A stretch of 64,000 bases of DNA from Candidatus Omnitrophota bacterium. GTDB taxonomy: Bacteria > Omnitrophota > Gorgyraeia > Duberdicusellales > 4484-171. The stretch is from the NCBI GenBank assembly GCA_043820815.1, contig JBDRDJ010000011.1, forward strand, positions 4,808 to 68,807, read 5' to 3'. The notes under the pieces were generated by a model, which saw only the letters and a program-made list of their open reading frames with translations, was not told where the DNA came from and searched no databases. Numbering within the stretch: position 1 is the first letter of the stretch; each line of letters starts with the position of its first letter. A program made the translations under genes and the position numbers. Shown in pieces: positions 9,307 to 17,720 of the stretch.

Positions 9307-11013
9307 ATGGAAGAAAGTTTAAAAAAAGAATACAAGCAGAGCAAGTTAATCGGCGATATTTTAATTGAGAAAGGAGTTATAAAACCCGAACAATTAAAGC
9401 GCGCCTTAGACATTCAAGGAAACCAGGGCGGATATATCTGCACGATTATCATAAAATCAGGCTTTGCCAAGCCGCAGACGGTTCTTCAGGTTTTGTCTGA
9501 ACAACTCGGGGTAGAATATATAGACTTAAAGAAAGAAGCCATAGACGCAAAAGCGGTTGAGAAAGTTCCCGTCAAATTAGCTCTCCATTACAAGTTATTC
9601 CCATATAAGATAGAAGGCAAAAAACTGGTTGTTGCGCTTTCCGACCCTTTAAATATGTATAAACTTGACGATTTAAAACTTTTGCTCGATACGGAAATCA
9701 AGGCAGTATTAAGTTATGAGGATGATATCTTAGATAGTATACGCAGGTTTTACGGTTTAGGGGCTGATATTGTTGAAGATATCATGACCCGCGGCGGCCT
9801 TGAAGAAAGAGTTAGAATCGTTACGCCTGTGATAGAAGATTTAGAAGCTGCGGTAGAAGATGCTTCAATAATTAAGTTTGTTAACCAGATATTTACACAG
9901 GCAGTTGAGGAGCGTGCAACGGATATTCATTTTGAGCCGTACGAGGACGAATTAAAAATACGTTTTCGTATTGACGGATTTCTATATGAGGTTCCCGTGC
10001 CTGAGTCTATAAAGCTATTTAATCAGGCTATCATCTCCCGGATTAAAATAATGGCTAATTTAGATATTGCCGAGCACCGCCTGCCCCAAGATGGAAGGAT
10101 AAAAATACGCATTAAAGGCTATGAGGTAGATTTGCGCGTATCAATTCTGCCATCGTATCTTGGCGAAGCCGTTCAGATTAGAATTTTAAGCACAAAGTCA
10201 GATTTTCGCATTGATAATTTGGGTTTACTCCCCGAAGACTGTAACAAGATAGAAACTTTAATAAGCAAGCCTTATGGAATTATTTTTGCAACCGGGCCTA
10301 CGGGAAGCGGAAAATCAACCACGCTTTACGCGGCGCTCAATAAAAAGAATCTTCCCCATATGAAAATAATAACTACCGAAGACCCGGTTGAATACCAGAT
10401 AAAAGGAATAACCCAGATTCAAATAAACCCCCGGGTAGGTTTAAGTTTTGCCGCATGCCTTCGTTCGATATTACGCCATGATCCCGATATCATAATGGTC
10501 GGAGAAGTCAGAGATTTAGAAACCGCCGAAATTACAATACGTTCGGCAATGACCGGCCATCTTGTATTTTCAACCCTGCACACAAATGATGCCCCGAGCA
10601 CGCCTCTTAGGTTAATTGATATGGGAGTCGAGCCGTTCTTGGCAGCTTCTTCTTTGGAAGGCGTTATCGCCCAGAGGTTAGTCAGAATTATATGTTCTGA
10701 ATGCAAAGAAGAAGCTTCAGTGCCGGCGGATTTATTTAGAAAGGAAGGTTTAGAAATAGGCGGCGATTCTGTTAAAGTTCTGAAGGGAAAAGGATGTCAA
10801 AGCTGCCGCAATACCGGCTATAAAGAAAGAACTGCAATCTTTGAGATTATGCTCATGAAAGATGAGATAAGAAATATGATTTTTAAAGGTGTAACCAGCC
10901 AGGCGATTAAAGAACAGGCGATAAAACTCGGCATGCGGACTCTGCGCCAGGACGGTTTAAGAAAAGTTTTAGAAGGTATTACTACTCTGTTTGAGGTGCT
11001 GCGCGTCACCTGA
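9307..11013 (+). CDS. gspE: Type II secretion / type IV pilus assembly ATPase (GspE/PilB family)
   Basis: Walker A GPTGSGKST, Asp box, Walker B DPDIIMVGEVRD, His box TGHLVFSTLHTND, tetracysteine CSEC...CQSC, N-terminal T2SSE_N-type domain. Confidence 0.92.
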   Translation: MEESLKKEYKQSKLIGDILIEKGVIKPEQLKRALDIQGNQGGYICTIIIKSGFAKPQTVLQVLSEQLGVEYIDLKKEAIDAKAVEKVPVKLALHYKLFPYKIEGKKLVVALSDPLNMYKLDDLKLLLDTEIKAVLSYEDDILDSIRRFYGLGADIVEDIMTRGGLEERVRIVTPVIEDLEAAVEDASIIKFVNQIFTQAVEERATDIHFEPYEDELKIRFRIDGFLYEVPVPESIKLFNQAIISRIKIMANLDIAEHRLPQDGRIKIRIKGYEVDLRVSILPSYLGEAVQIRILSTKSDFRIDNLGLLPEDCNKIETLISKPYGIIFATGPTGSGKSTTLYAALNKKNLPHMKIITTEDPVEYQIKGITQIQINPRVGLSFAACLRSILRHDPDIIMVGEVRDLETAEITIRSAMTGHLVFSTLHTNDAPSTPLRLIDMGVEPFLAASSLEGVIAQRLVRIICSECKEEASVPADLFRKEGLEIGGDSVKVLKGKGCQSCRNTGYKERTAIFEIMLMKDEIRNMIFKGVTSQAIKEQAIKLGMRTLRQDGLRKVLEGITTLFEVLRVT

Positions 11014-11068
11014 AGAGATTACAGCGATTGAAGAATAGATTACAGCGATATTTATAAAATGCAAAGTC

Positions 11069-12259
11069 ATGGCCATCTATACATATAAAGCAAAGGAAGG
11101 GCCGCGGAAGATTAAACAAGGACAAATCGAGGCCCTTACCAGGGAAGAAGCTGTTTCTAAAATTGACAATATGGGCCTTTTTCCCATATCAATTGATGAG
11201 AAAAGCTCATCTAAAAAGGCGCCTTCCAGAGTGCCGCTAAAGAACCTGGTTGAATTTACAAATCAGCTCTCAACCCTTGCCAATGCAGGCTATCCTCTTC
11301 TGTCTTCCATTGAAACCCTTGTTTATCAGACAGAACAGGAGAAGTTAAAGCCAATTTTATTAGATGTTATTTCCGAAGTGAAAGACGGCCAGCCATTTTC
11401 GGCTGCTCTTAAGAAATATCCCGGTATTTTCTCTGAGTTGTATACTTCTTTGGTTCAGATAGGCGAAACAAGCGGAACTCTGGGTGAGAATTTAAGAAGG
11501 CTTGCGGAATTTCTTGAGGAGGAAGCGGATTTTAAAGCCAACATTGTTTCGGTATTGCTTTACCCTTGTTTAATATTATCAGTAGGAGTAATTACCGTAT
11601 TTGTGCTTTTACAGTTTGTTGTGCCTAAGCTGGTTGCAGTTTTTCAGGAAATCGGCCAGAATCTTCCTTTTGCTACCAAAGTGTTAATCGGCATATCAGA
11701 ATTCTTCAGCAGGTTTGGCATTGCTATAGCCGCAGGGATTGTTTTTCTTTTTTTTATCGTCCGTAAATATTACTCAAACAATAATAATAGAATAAACCTT
11801 GAGAAATTCAAATTAAAGATACCTCTTCTCGGAGAAGTTATAGCAAAGATTGAGATATCGCGCCTTGCGCGGACTCTTTCCATTCTTCTTCGCAACGGTG
11901 TCCCCATAGACATTTCTCTTCGTGTTCTGGCTGAAACAATATCAAACCTTTTTTTTCGCAGGGAATTGTCCAGATCGGAAAAGAAGATAAAAGAAGGAGC
12001 CTCTTTAAGCGAAGCCTTGAGGGATGCCGGAGTATTTCAGCCTTCATTTATTAATGTTATTACCGTAGGGGAGAATTCCGGAAGGCTCGATAGTGTCTTA
12101 GAAAGCGTATCGCGGGATTATGCCAAGGAAATAAACCGTAAGGTAAGAAACTTAATGAGCCTGCTTGAGCCGGTATTGATTATGGGGGTAGGCTTGATTG
12201 TCATGTTTGTCGTGTTATCGATGCTGCTTCCGATATTTGAGATTGATTTTAACTTTTAA
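11069..12259 (+). CDS. gspF: Type II secretion inner-membrane platform protein (GspF/PilC family)
   Basis: 396 aa with a duplicated GspF-type domain, 3 hydrophobic segments, and a position directly after gspE. Confidence 0.88.
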   Translation: MAIYTYKAKEGPRKIKQGQIEALTREEAVSKIDNMGLFPISIDEKSSSKKAPSRVPLKNLVEFTNQLSTLANAGYPLLSSIETLVYQTEQEKLKPILLDVISEVKDGQPFSAALKKYPGIFSELYTSLVQIGETSGTLGENLRRLAEFLEEEADFKANIVSVLLYPCLILSVGVITVFVLLQFVVPKLVAVFQEIGQNLPFATKVLIGISEFFSRFGIAIAAGIVFLFFIVRKYYSNNNNRINLEKFKLKIPLLGEVIAKIEISRLARTLSILLRNGVPIDISLRVLAETISNLFFRRELSRSEKKIKEGASLSEALRDAGVFQPSFINVITVGENSGRLDSVLESVSRDYAKEINRKVRNLMSLLEPVLIMGVGLIVMFVVLSMLLPIFEIDFNF

Positions 12260-12286
12260 TCTTATTGACGGGGGGGGGGTTATTAT

Positions 12287-12679
12287 ATGAAAAAAAGAAA
12301 AAGCTTTACTTTAGTTGAGTTAATGTTGGTTGTAATTATTATTTTAATTTTAGCGGGGCTTGCTTTTCCGCGGCTTGCAGGACGTGCTGAGAAAGCGCGC
12401 CGGGTTGCCGCAAAGGCGGAAGTTGAAGGCACCATTCCCTCTGCGCTTGACCTTTATGAAATGGATGTAGGAGAGTACCCCGAGAAATTAGAAGATCTGA
12501 TTTCTAATCCCGGCACAGAAGCCTGGGACGGGCCGTATTTAAGAAAAGTTCCTAAAGATCCCTGGAAGTCAGATTACCATTACTCAAGAGAAGGCGAGCA
12601 CGGCTTAGATTATGATTTGGCTTCAAAAGGAAGAGACGGAGTTCTGGGAAGCGAAGACGATATAGTTAACTGGGAATAG
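12287..12679 (+). CDS. gspG: Major pseudopilin GspG
   Basis: Prepilin leader plus FTLVELMLVV N-terminal methylation motif (Glu+5). The T2SS-specific DPWxxxYxY motif is present as DPWKSDYHY. 130 aa. Confidence 0.88.
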   Translation: MKKRKSFTLVELMLVVIIILILAGLAFPRLAGRAEKARRVAAKAEVEGTIPSALDLYEMDVGEYPEKLEDLISNPGTEAWDGPYLRKVPKDPWKSDYHYSREGEHGLDYDLASKGRDGVLGSEDDIVNWE

Positions 12680-12767
12680 TAAAGCTTAAAAACCGCCGCT
12701 GTCGGACAATGACGAATTTCTAATGACCAATGTCGAATTCGGCATTCGGGTTTCGTCATTCCTCATT

Positions 12768-13244
12768 ATGATTAAGTATTCTTCTAAAAAATCTCTTACC
12801 TTTATCGAGCTTCTCTTGGTAACCGTAATAATCTCGATTTTTCTGGGATTGGCCGCGCCCCTTGTCAGGAATACCGCAAGAAAAACAACATTTAAATCCT
12901 TTGTAAATAAAATATTTTTTTTCTTAGACTATGCCAGAAGCCACTCAATAGTTAAGAATGAAGTCGTTGAAGCAGTTATTAATCTTGATAATAATACTAT
13001 TACATTAATCTCTGAAGGAAGCAAAGAAAGAATATTAAAAGAAGCATATATACCGGACGGCATTAATGTTGATTCAGAAATCGAGAAAATATATTTTTTT
13101 CCCGACGGCTCAACTCAAGAATTTGAAATATTTATATATGACGGATATGGGGGGAAGTCTTACATAGTGAGTAAAGGCTTTGACGGCAAAATAAGGATTG
13201 AAAAAGAACCGGCGCGGGGCGATGATTTGCTTTTAACGCAATGA
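12768..13244 (+). CDS. Minor pseudopilin, GspH-like
   Basis: I prefer the internal Met at 12768 (MIKYSSKKSLTFIELLLVTVIISIF), which gives a short basic leader plus a hydrophobic helix with Glu. The track start at 12723 lies inside an intergenic hairpin. Confidence 0.6.
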   Translation: MIKYSSKKSLTFIELLLVTVIISIFLGLAAPLVRNTARKTTFKSFVNKIFFFLDYARSHSIVKNEVVEAVINLDNNTITLISEGSKERILKEAYIPDGINVDSEIEKIYFFPDGSTQEFEIFIYDGYGGKSYIVSKGFDGKIRIEKEPARGDDLLLTQ

Positions 13245-13612
13245 TTAAAATGAAAAATAAGAAATCAGTTCTTCTGTTTGAGGTTGCTATTGTTGTACTT
13301 CTTGTTTCGCTTGCGTCGCTGTTTTTATTCAGAGGCTACGGCGTTTTTATTAAAACAGGTAGAAAAAGCCTGGTGTATTTAAAATTAATATCGCTCGCAG
13401 AAGAAAAAATTTGGGACTTGAAACTTAAGAACTGTTCAGGCGTTAAACTTTCTGAAATTGCAGCCAGCGGGGAATTTGACGGCGGATTTTCATGGCGTAT
13501 TGATTTTACGGATACGGATTTTGAGAATATAAAAGAAACAAGGGTCACCGTTAGAAATATAAAAAATAACATAAGTTTTGACAGTGTCTTATTTCTCGAA
13601 GATAAACCTTGA
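13241..13612 (+). CDS. Minor pseudopilin, GspI-like
   Basis: N-terminus KKSVLLFEVAIVVLLVSL (pilin-like helix with Glu). Size is 123 aa. There is an ATGA overlap with the upstream gene, and the position is between H-like and J-like genes. Confidence 0.5.
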   Translation: MIKMKNKKSVLLFEVAIVVLLVSLASLFLFRGYGVFIKTGRKSLVYLKLISLAEEKIWDLKLKNCSGVKLSEIAASGEFDGGFSWRIDFTDTDFENIKETRVTVRNIKNNISFDSVLFLEDKP

Positions 13613-13678
13613 TTTATGGTTATCTTCGATGGGAAATAATAAAAAAAGATTTGATAAGCAGGATGATTATTTCATAAA

Positions 13679-14251
13679 ATGAGATATAAGAAAAGTTTTA
13701 GTTTAGTTGAGGTTATAGTTGCGGTTGCGATTTTCTCTGCGCTTTCGGTAGCTTTATTTCTTCTTCTTCGCTCAGGTATAAGAATAAGAGAGAGGATTGA
13801 AACCAGCCAGGACATTTCACTGAACATCCATCTTGGTTTAGATAAGCTTGGCAGGGAAATTAGAAACATTATTGACTTTAAAGAAAACGACCCGGATTAT
13901 CATATATTGTCAGGTTCAAGCCAGGATTTAAGCTTTTACACTTTAGGGCTTAGTTACCCTTCTCAAACACCTAAAATTATGCATGTATCATATGCATTTC
14001 AAGAGGGCAAGCTGATAAGGGCTGTAAGAGAGCCTTTAGAAGAAGAGCCCAAAGAGATTTTTTCAATAATAGATAATATAAAGAATGGAAATTTTTTCTA
14101 TGCAACGGGAAGTTTAGAACCTGAAGGAGCCTGGGGAGAGATGTGGGATAGTAAAGTTGATTTGCCTAAGGGAGTAAAAATAGAAATCAATTATAACGAC
14201 ATAAAAGGTAAAGAGCACACTGTTAAAAAATATGTCTATATTAACAAATAA
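13679..14251 (+). CDS. Minor pseudopilin, GspJ-like
   Basis: N-terminus KKSFSLVEVIVAVAIFSAL is a prepilin-type methylation motif. Size is 190 aa and the operon position fits. Confidence 0.6.
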   Translation: MRYKKSFSLVEVIVAVAIFSALSVALFLLLRSGIRIRERIETSQDISLNIHLGLDKLGREIRNIIDFKENDPDYHILSGSSQDLSFYTLGLSYPSQTPKIMHVSYAFQEGKLIRAVREPLEEEPKEIFSIIDNIKNGNFFYATGSLEPEGAWGEMWDSKVDLPKGVKIEINYNDIKGKEHTVKKYVYINK

Positions 14252-15110
14252 AAAGAAAAAATCCTTTTTTCTTATTTTTTCCTTATGGATCTTTTTTATG
14301 CTTTCGATTTTCTGTTTAGGCATGGGCGTAAGAAGCTATATTGAGGTTAGAAGGACCAAGCTGTTAATAGATAAAGCGCGCAGCCGGCAGTTGTCTTTAT
14401 CAGGCATAATTCTGGCAAGAGAAATTCTTAACAGCGACAAGGAGAAATCCATAGACCATCTTAAAGAAGATTGGGCTAAGTTTTCAAGCGGGTTGAGAAA
14501 GATTAATTACTCTAAACCGCAAAGAACAGGGTATCTTAAATTAGAAATAGAGGACGAATCTTCCCGGTTTAATATTTATAACGCTACCCAGGAGAAACTG
14601 GTAAGTTTTTTCGAGTCTTTTGAAATTGATAATGCCCAAGAAAAAACCGGGCGGCTCCTGGATTATACCGATAAAGACACCGATGAACGTTATCCTGATT
14701 CAGAGAGTAAAGCAAAGAATAATCCTTTAAGCATTATTGAAGAGATGCTTCTTGTTGGAGGGATATCTAAGGCGGACTTTGATAAATTAAAAGGCGTAAT
14801 ATCATTATATTCAGGAGAGAAAATAAATATAAATACCGCCCGCCAGGAGCTGTTAAATGCCCTCATTGATGATAGCGATTCTTTAGATACAGTTATGCGT
14901 GTAAGGCTGGGCGATGATATATTAGACCCCGAAGATGATAAATATTTTGAAAAGGAAAGTGATATACCTCAAAATATAACTTCATTATTTTCAATACGTT
15001 CGGATATATTCCGTATTATAAGCACAGCCGAAGCAGGAGGAGTTAAAGAAAAAAATACCTGTATTTTTAACAGAGATTCGGGTAAAATTATATATTGGCA
15101 TGAAGAATAA
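14232..15110 (+). CDS. gspK: Minor pseudopilin GspK
   Basis: GspK hallmarks are present: N-terminal TM, D-E-S-S-R-F-N-I-Y (the xRFNxN motif), DYTDKDTD, and helix-hairpin-helix-like LLLVGGISKADFDKL followed by ININTA. Confidence 0.75.
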   Translation: MSILTNKKKKSFFLIFSLWIFFMLSIFCLGMGVRSYIEVRRTKLLIDKARSRQLSLSGIILAREILNSDKEKSIDHLKEDWAKFSSGLRKINYSKPQRTGYLKLEIEDESSRFNIYNATQEKLVSFFESFEIDNAQEKTGRLLDYTDKDTDERYPDSESKAKNNPLSIIEEMLLVGGISKADFDKLKGVISLYSGEKININTARQELLNALIDDSDSLDTVMRVRLGDDILDPEDDKYFEKESDIPQNITSLFSIRSDIFRIISTAEAGGVKEKNTCIFNRDSGKIIYWHEE

Positions 15111-16461
15111 AAGTTTTCATATAGTCGAACTGGATGAAAATAATGCTAAAATCTTAAGAGCTGTGCCTAAAGGTTTGAAGCCGGCAATTACATCTATTAA
15201 AACCTACGAAGGCTCAGGCAGAGAAGTTCTCAATAAGATATTTTCCCATATCCCGCCTAATGAACACAGCAATATTAGCATTTCGCTTCCCAGGCCGTTT
15301 TTTCTTATGCGATTTGTAAAACTGCCTTCTTTGGACATGAGCGAAATAGAAAGAATGCTGGAATTTCAACTTGCAAAACTGGTGCCTTACCCTTTGAGTG
15401 AAGTTTTATTTGATTTTTCCATTGCCCAGTTAGAAGAAGATTATTGCCGTGTTATTGTTTTCGTTATCCAGAAGAAAAAGATCAAGCATCTTCTTGATTA
15501 TCTAAATGAAAAGGCCATAACTCCTAAATCTTTTACAATAACCAGCGCCGGGCTTTGGCAGTGGATGCTTTATGAAGAGCGCAGGCTTGATTATCCGGCT
15601 GCCGTTATCGATATCGATAGATCTTGCGCGGATTTTTTGGTTTTAGACAATAAGAAGATGATATTTTCCCGTTCTTTTACATATTCCTCCGACACCCAGT
15701 TTAAAGAAGGCCTTAAACATTCACTTATGATTTTTAAGAAAGAGTTTTCAAACAAAACAATAAAGCAGGCTTTTTTTACCGGGTTAAACAATGAAAACTT
15801 CATTGATAAATCTTTATTCGATAAGACAGAATCTATCGATTGCTGGCAAAATTTTCCTCTAAAAAAAGGGGTAAGAAACAATCTTATTCAAAGCTGTTCA
15901 TTCGCCTCAATTTTAGGATTGTCACAGTCTTATCAGAAACTTAATTTCGATTTTTCTTCCGAAGACGTAAAGGGAAGAAGGGCTTTAACCCTTAAGAAAA
16001 AGCGCTGCTTTGACAGCGTTATAATTTTTTTCGAGATGTTGATAATCGGGCTGGTAGCGTTAACCTGGTATGTCGTTGACCGCTGGGCATATCTTGATTT
16101 TCTTGATTTACGGCTTGATAAGATGAAGGTTGAGGTTGCAGAACTTGATAAAGTCGCTAAGAGGCTGAAGGTTCTCGATAAAGATTTTTTATCATCTGCT
16201 GCGATAAGCGATATGCTTTATACGGTGGTAGCTTCAATACCGGAAAATGTTCAGCTTACATTGGTTGATTTACAGGAAAAAGGCGAAATCAGCCTTAAAG
16301 GATACACCGACAATATATCAGGCGTTTTCGGAATAGTAAAGATTTTAAACTCTTCGCCGTTATTTGGCGAAGTAGATATTAAATACGCTTCGCAGGTTAA
16401 ACGGAAGAATAAAACGGAAATTGAGTTTTATATCGAAGGCAAACAAAAGAAGGGCCCTTAG
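15100..16461 (+). CDS. GspL-like assembly protein (PilM-like cytoplasmic domain, TM, PilN-like periplasmic domain)
   Basis: 453 aa with a single central TM (VIIFFEMLIIGLVALTWYVV) and a coiled region after the TM. It is followed by PilO-, PilP- and secretin-like genes. The assignment rests on architecture and context. Confidence 0.6.
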   Translation: MKNKSFHIVELDENNAKILRAVPKGLKPAITSIKTYEGSGREVLNKIFSHIPPNEHSNISISLPRPFFLMRFVKLPSLDMSEIERMLEFQLAKLVPYPLSEVLFDFSIAQLEEDYCRVIVFVIQKKKIKHLLDYLNEKAITPKSFTITSAGLWQWMLYEERRLDYPAAVIDIDRSCADFLVLDNKKMIFSRSFTYSSDTQFKEGLKHSLMIFKKEFSNKTIKQAFFTGLNNENFIDKSLFDKTESIDCWQNFPLKKGVRNNLIQSCSFASILGLSQSYQKLNFDFSSEDVKGRRALTLKKKRCFDSVIIFFEMLIIGLVALTWYVVDRWAYLDFLDLRLDKMKVEVAELDKVAKRLKVLDKDFLSSAAISDMLYTVVASIPENVQLTLVDLQEKGEISLKGYTDNISGVFGIVKILNSSPLFGEVDIKYASQVKRKNKTEIEFYIEGKQKKGP

Positions 16462-16524
16462 CTGACACATTACATAACAGCCACAAAGTATAAAATAAGA
16501 CAAATGTTTTCTGTGGGATGAAAG

Positions 16525-17049
16525 ATGCGTAAATTTACAAAGCGGGAGAAAACAGTAAGTTTTTTTATTGGCTTTTTTATATTGGGCGCGTTAGCTTTCA
16601 ATTTTGTAATTTCCCCCATGTTTTCGCGCATCGATGAGATGAATTCTGAAATTAGCAAGAAAACATCCCTTCTTAAAAGAAGTTCCCGTTTGTTGAGCAA
16701 AGAAGAAGATATTTCTTCGGTTTACGATAAGTATAAGAGTATTCTTGAGAAAGACGTAAGCCCGGATGAGGTAACCGCTGATTTGTACAAAGAGATTGAG
16801 AGCGCAGCCGCGGGCTTTGATATACTAATAAAAAAAGTAAAACCCCTTGACCTTCGCCAGTCCGGTAATTTCAAAGAAGCCGCTTTAGAAGTCGAAGTTG
16901 AAGGCGATTTCGCCTCAATTTTCCAGATGGTAAACAAGCTTGAAAATTCCGTTTCTTTAATTAAAATTGTTTCCTTTCGCCTGATAGCCCAGCCTAAATC
17001 ATCAAAATTACTCCTCTGCAAACTCAACATAGTCCGAGTGTTTTTTTAA
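16525..17049 (+). CDS. GspM/PilO-like assembly protein
   Basis: N-terminal TM (FFIGFFILGALAFNFVISPMF), a coiled segment, and a C-terminal LEVEVEGDFASIFQMVNKLE... block typical of PilO-type domains. Confidence 0.6.
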   Translation: MRKFTKREKTVSFFIGFFILGALAFNFVISPMFSRIDEMNSEISKKTSLLKRSSRLLSKEEDISSVYDKYKSILEKDVSPDEVTADLYKEIESAAAGFDILIKKVKPLDLRQSGNFKEAALEVEVEGDFASIFQMVNKLENSVSLIKIVSFRLIAQPKSSKLLLCKLNIVRVFF

Positions 17050-17192
17050 TGAGACAGCACTTTTGGCGGAGTGTTAACTTAAGAACAAAAATGCGTAGTC
17101 GAATTCCCCGCTTAATTTTTTTCTTTTCGCAATTTCGCCTCTACGGTTTTTTAAATGGGCAAGGCGCGAGAAGAAAAAATCTCTATTTTTTA

Positions 17193-17221
17193 TTGACATA
17201 CGATTAAAAGTACTTGATAAT
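17193..17221 (+). promoter_or_regulatory. Internal sigma70-type promoter (TTGACA, 17 nt, GATAAT) ahead of the gspC/gspD-like genes
   Basis: TTGACA at 17193-17198, GATAAT at 17216-17221. The ATG at 17229 lies 8 nt after the -10 box, with no Shine-Dalgarno. Confidence 0.45.
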
Positions 17222-17228
17222 ATAGTAG

Positions 17229-17720
17229 ATGGGGAGATTTGGCAATAAATTATTAAGCCTTAAAACTATTAAGTTATGGCTCTTTTTTATGATCTTGGTT
17301 TCTGCCAGTTTAAGCGCCGCTAGTTTTATAAACCGCGAGAAAACTTTTGAAATGAGGCTTCCCGATAAAGCTTATTCAGCAAGCCAGAAAGAAACCATTC
17401 TGTTCAGAGAGAAAAAAGATTACTCCGCTTTTATAAATGAAGTTCAATCAAGAAATATTTTTACGCCGGCATTTGCAGAGGCGTCAATATCTGAAACCGA
17501 TGTTGAATATGAGCAGTTGCTTAAGACAATTGAGGGGCTGCGCTTGGTTGGAGTTGTTTCCGATGATACCCGCAAAGCAATTATAGAGGATACCCAGGCA
17601 AAAAAAACCTATTATTTAAAGGAATCTGAGACTTTTCTTGAGCATATTAGTGTTGAGAAAATTTCTGATGGTTCAGTAATTCTTAATTTTTATGAGAATA
17701 GTTTTGAGCTGTACCTTTAA
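17229..17720 (+). CDS. GspC/PilP-like secretin-interacting protein
   Basis: N-terminal TM. C-terminal block LRLVGVVSDDTRKAIIEDTQAKKTYYLKESETFLEHISVEKISDGSVILNF resembles the GspC HR / PilP beta-domain. Confidence 0.55.
   Translation: MGRFGNKLLSLKTIKLWLFFMILVSASLSAASFINREKTFEMRLPDKAYSASQKETILFREKKDYSAFINEVQSRNIFTPAFAEASISETDVEYEQLLKTIEGLRLVGVVSDDTRKAIIEDTQAKKTYYLKESETFLEHISVEKISDGSVILNFYENSFELYL

Noticed and set aside
12265-12286. TTGACG-G9T-TATTAT as a poly-G phase-variable promoter for gspG
   Set aside because: The spacer is only 10 nt and the -10-like hexamer abuts the ATG, so no transcript could include the start codon. The tract more plausibly acts at the RBS level.
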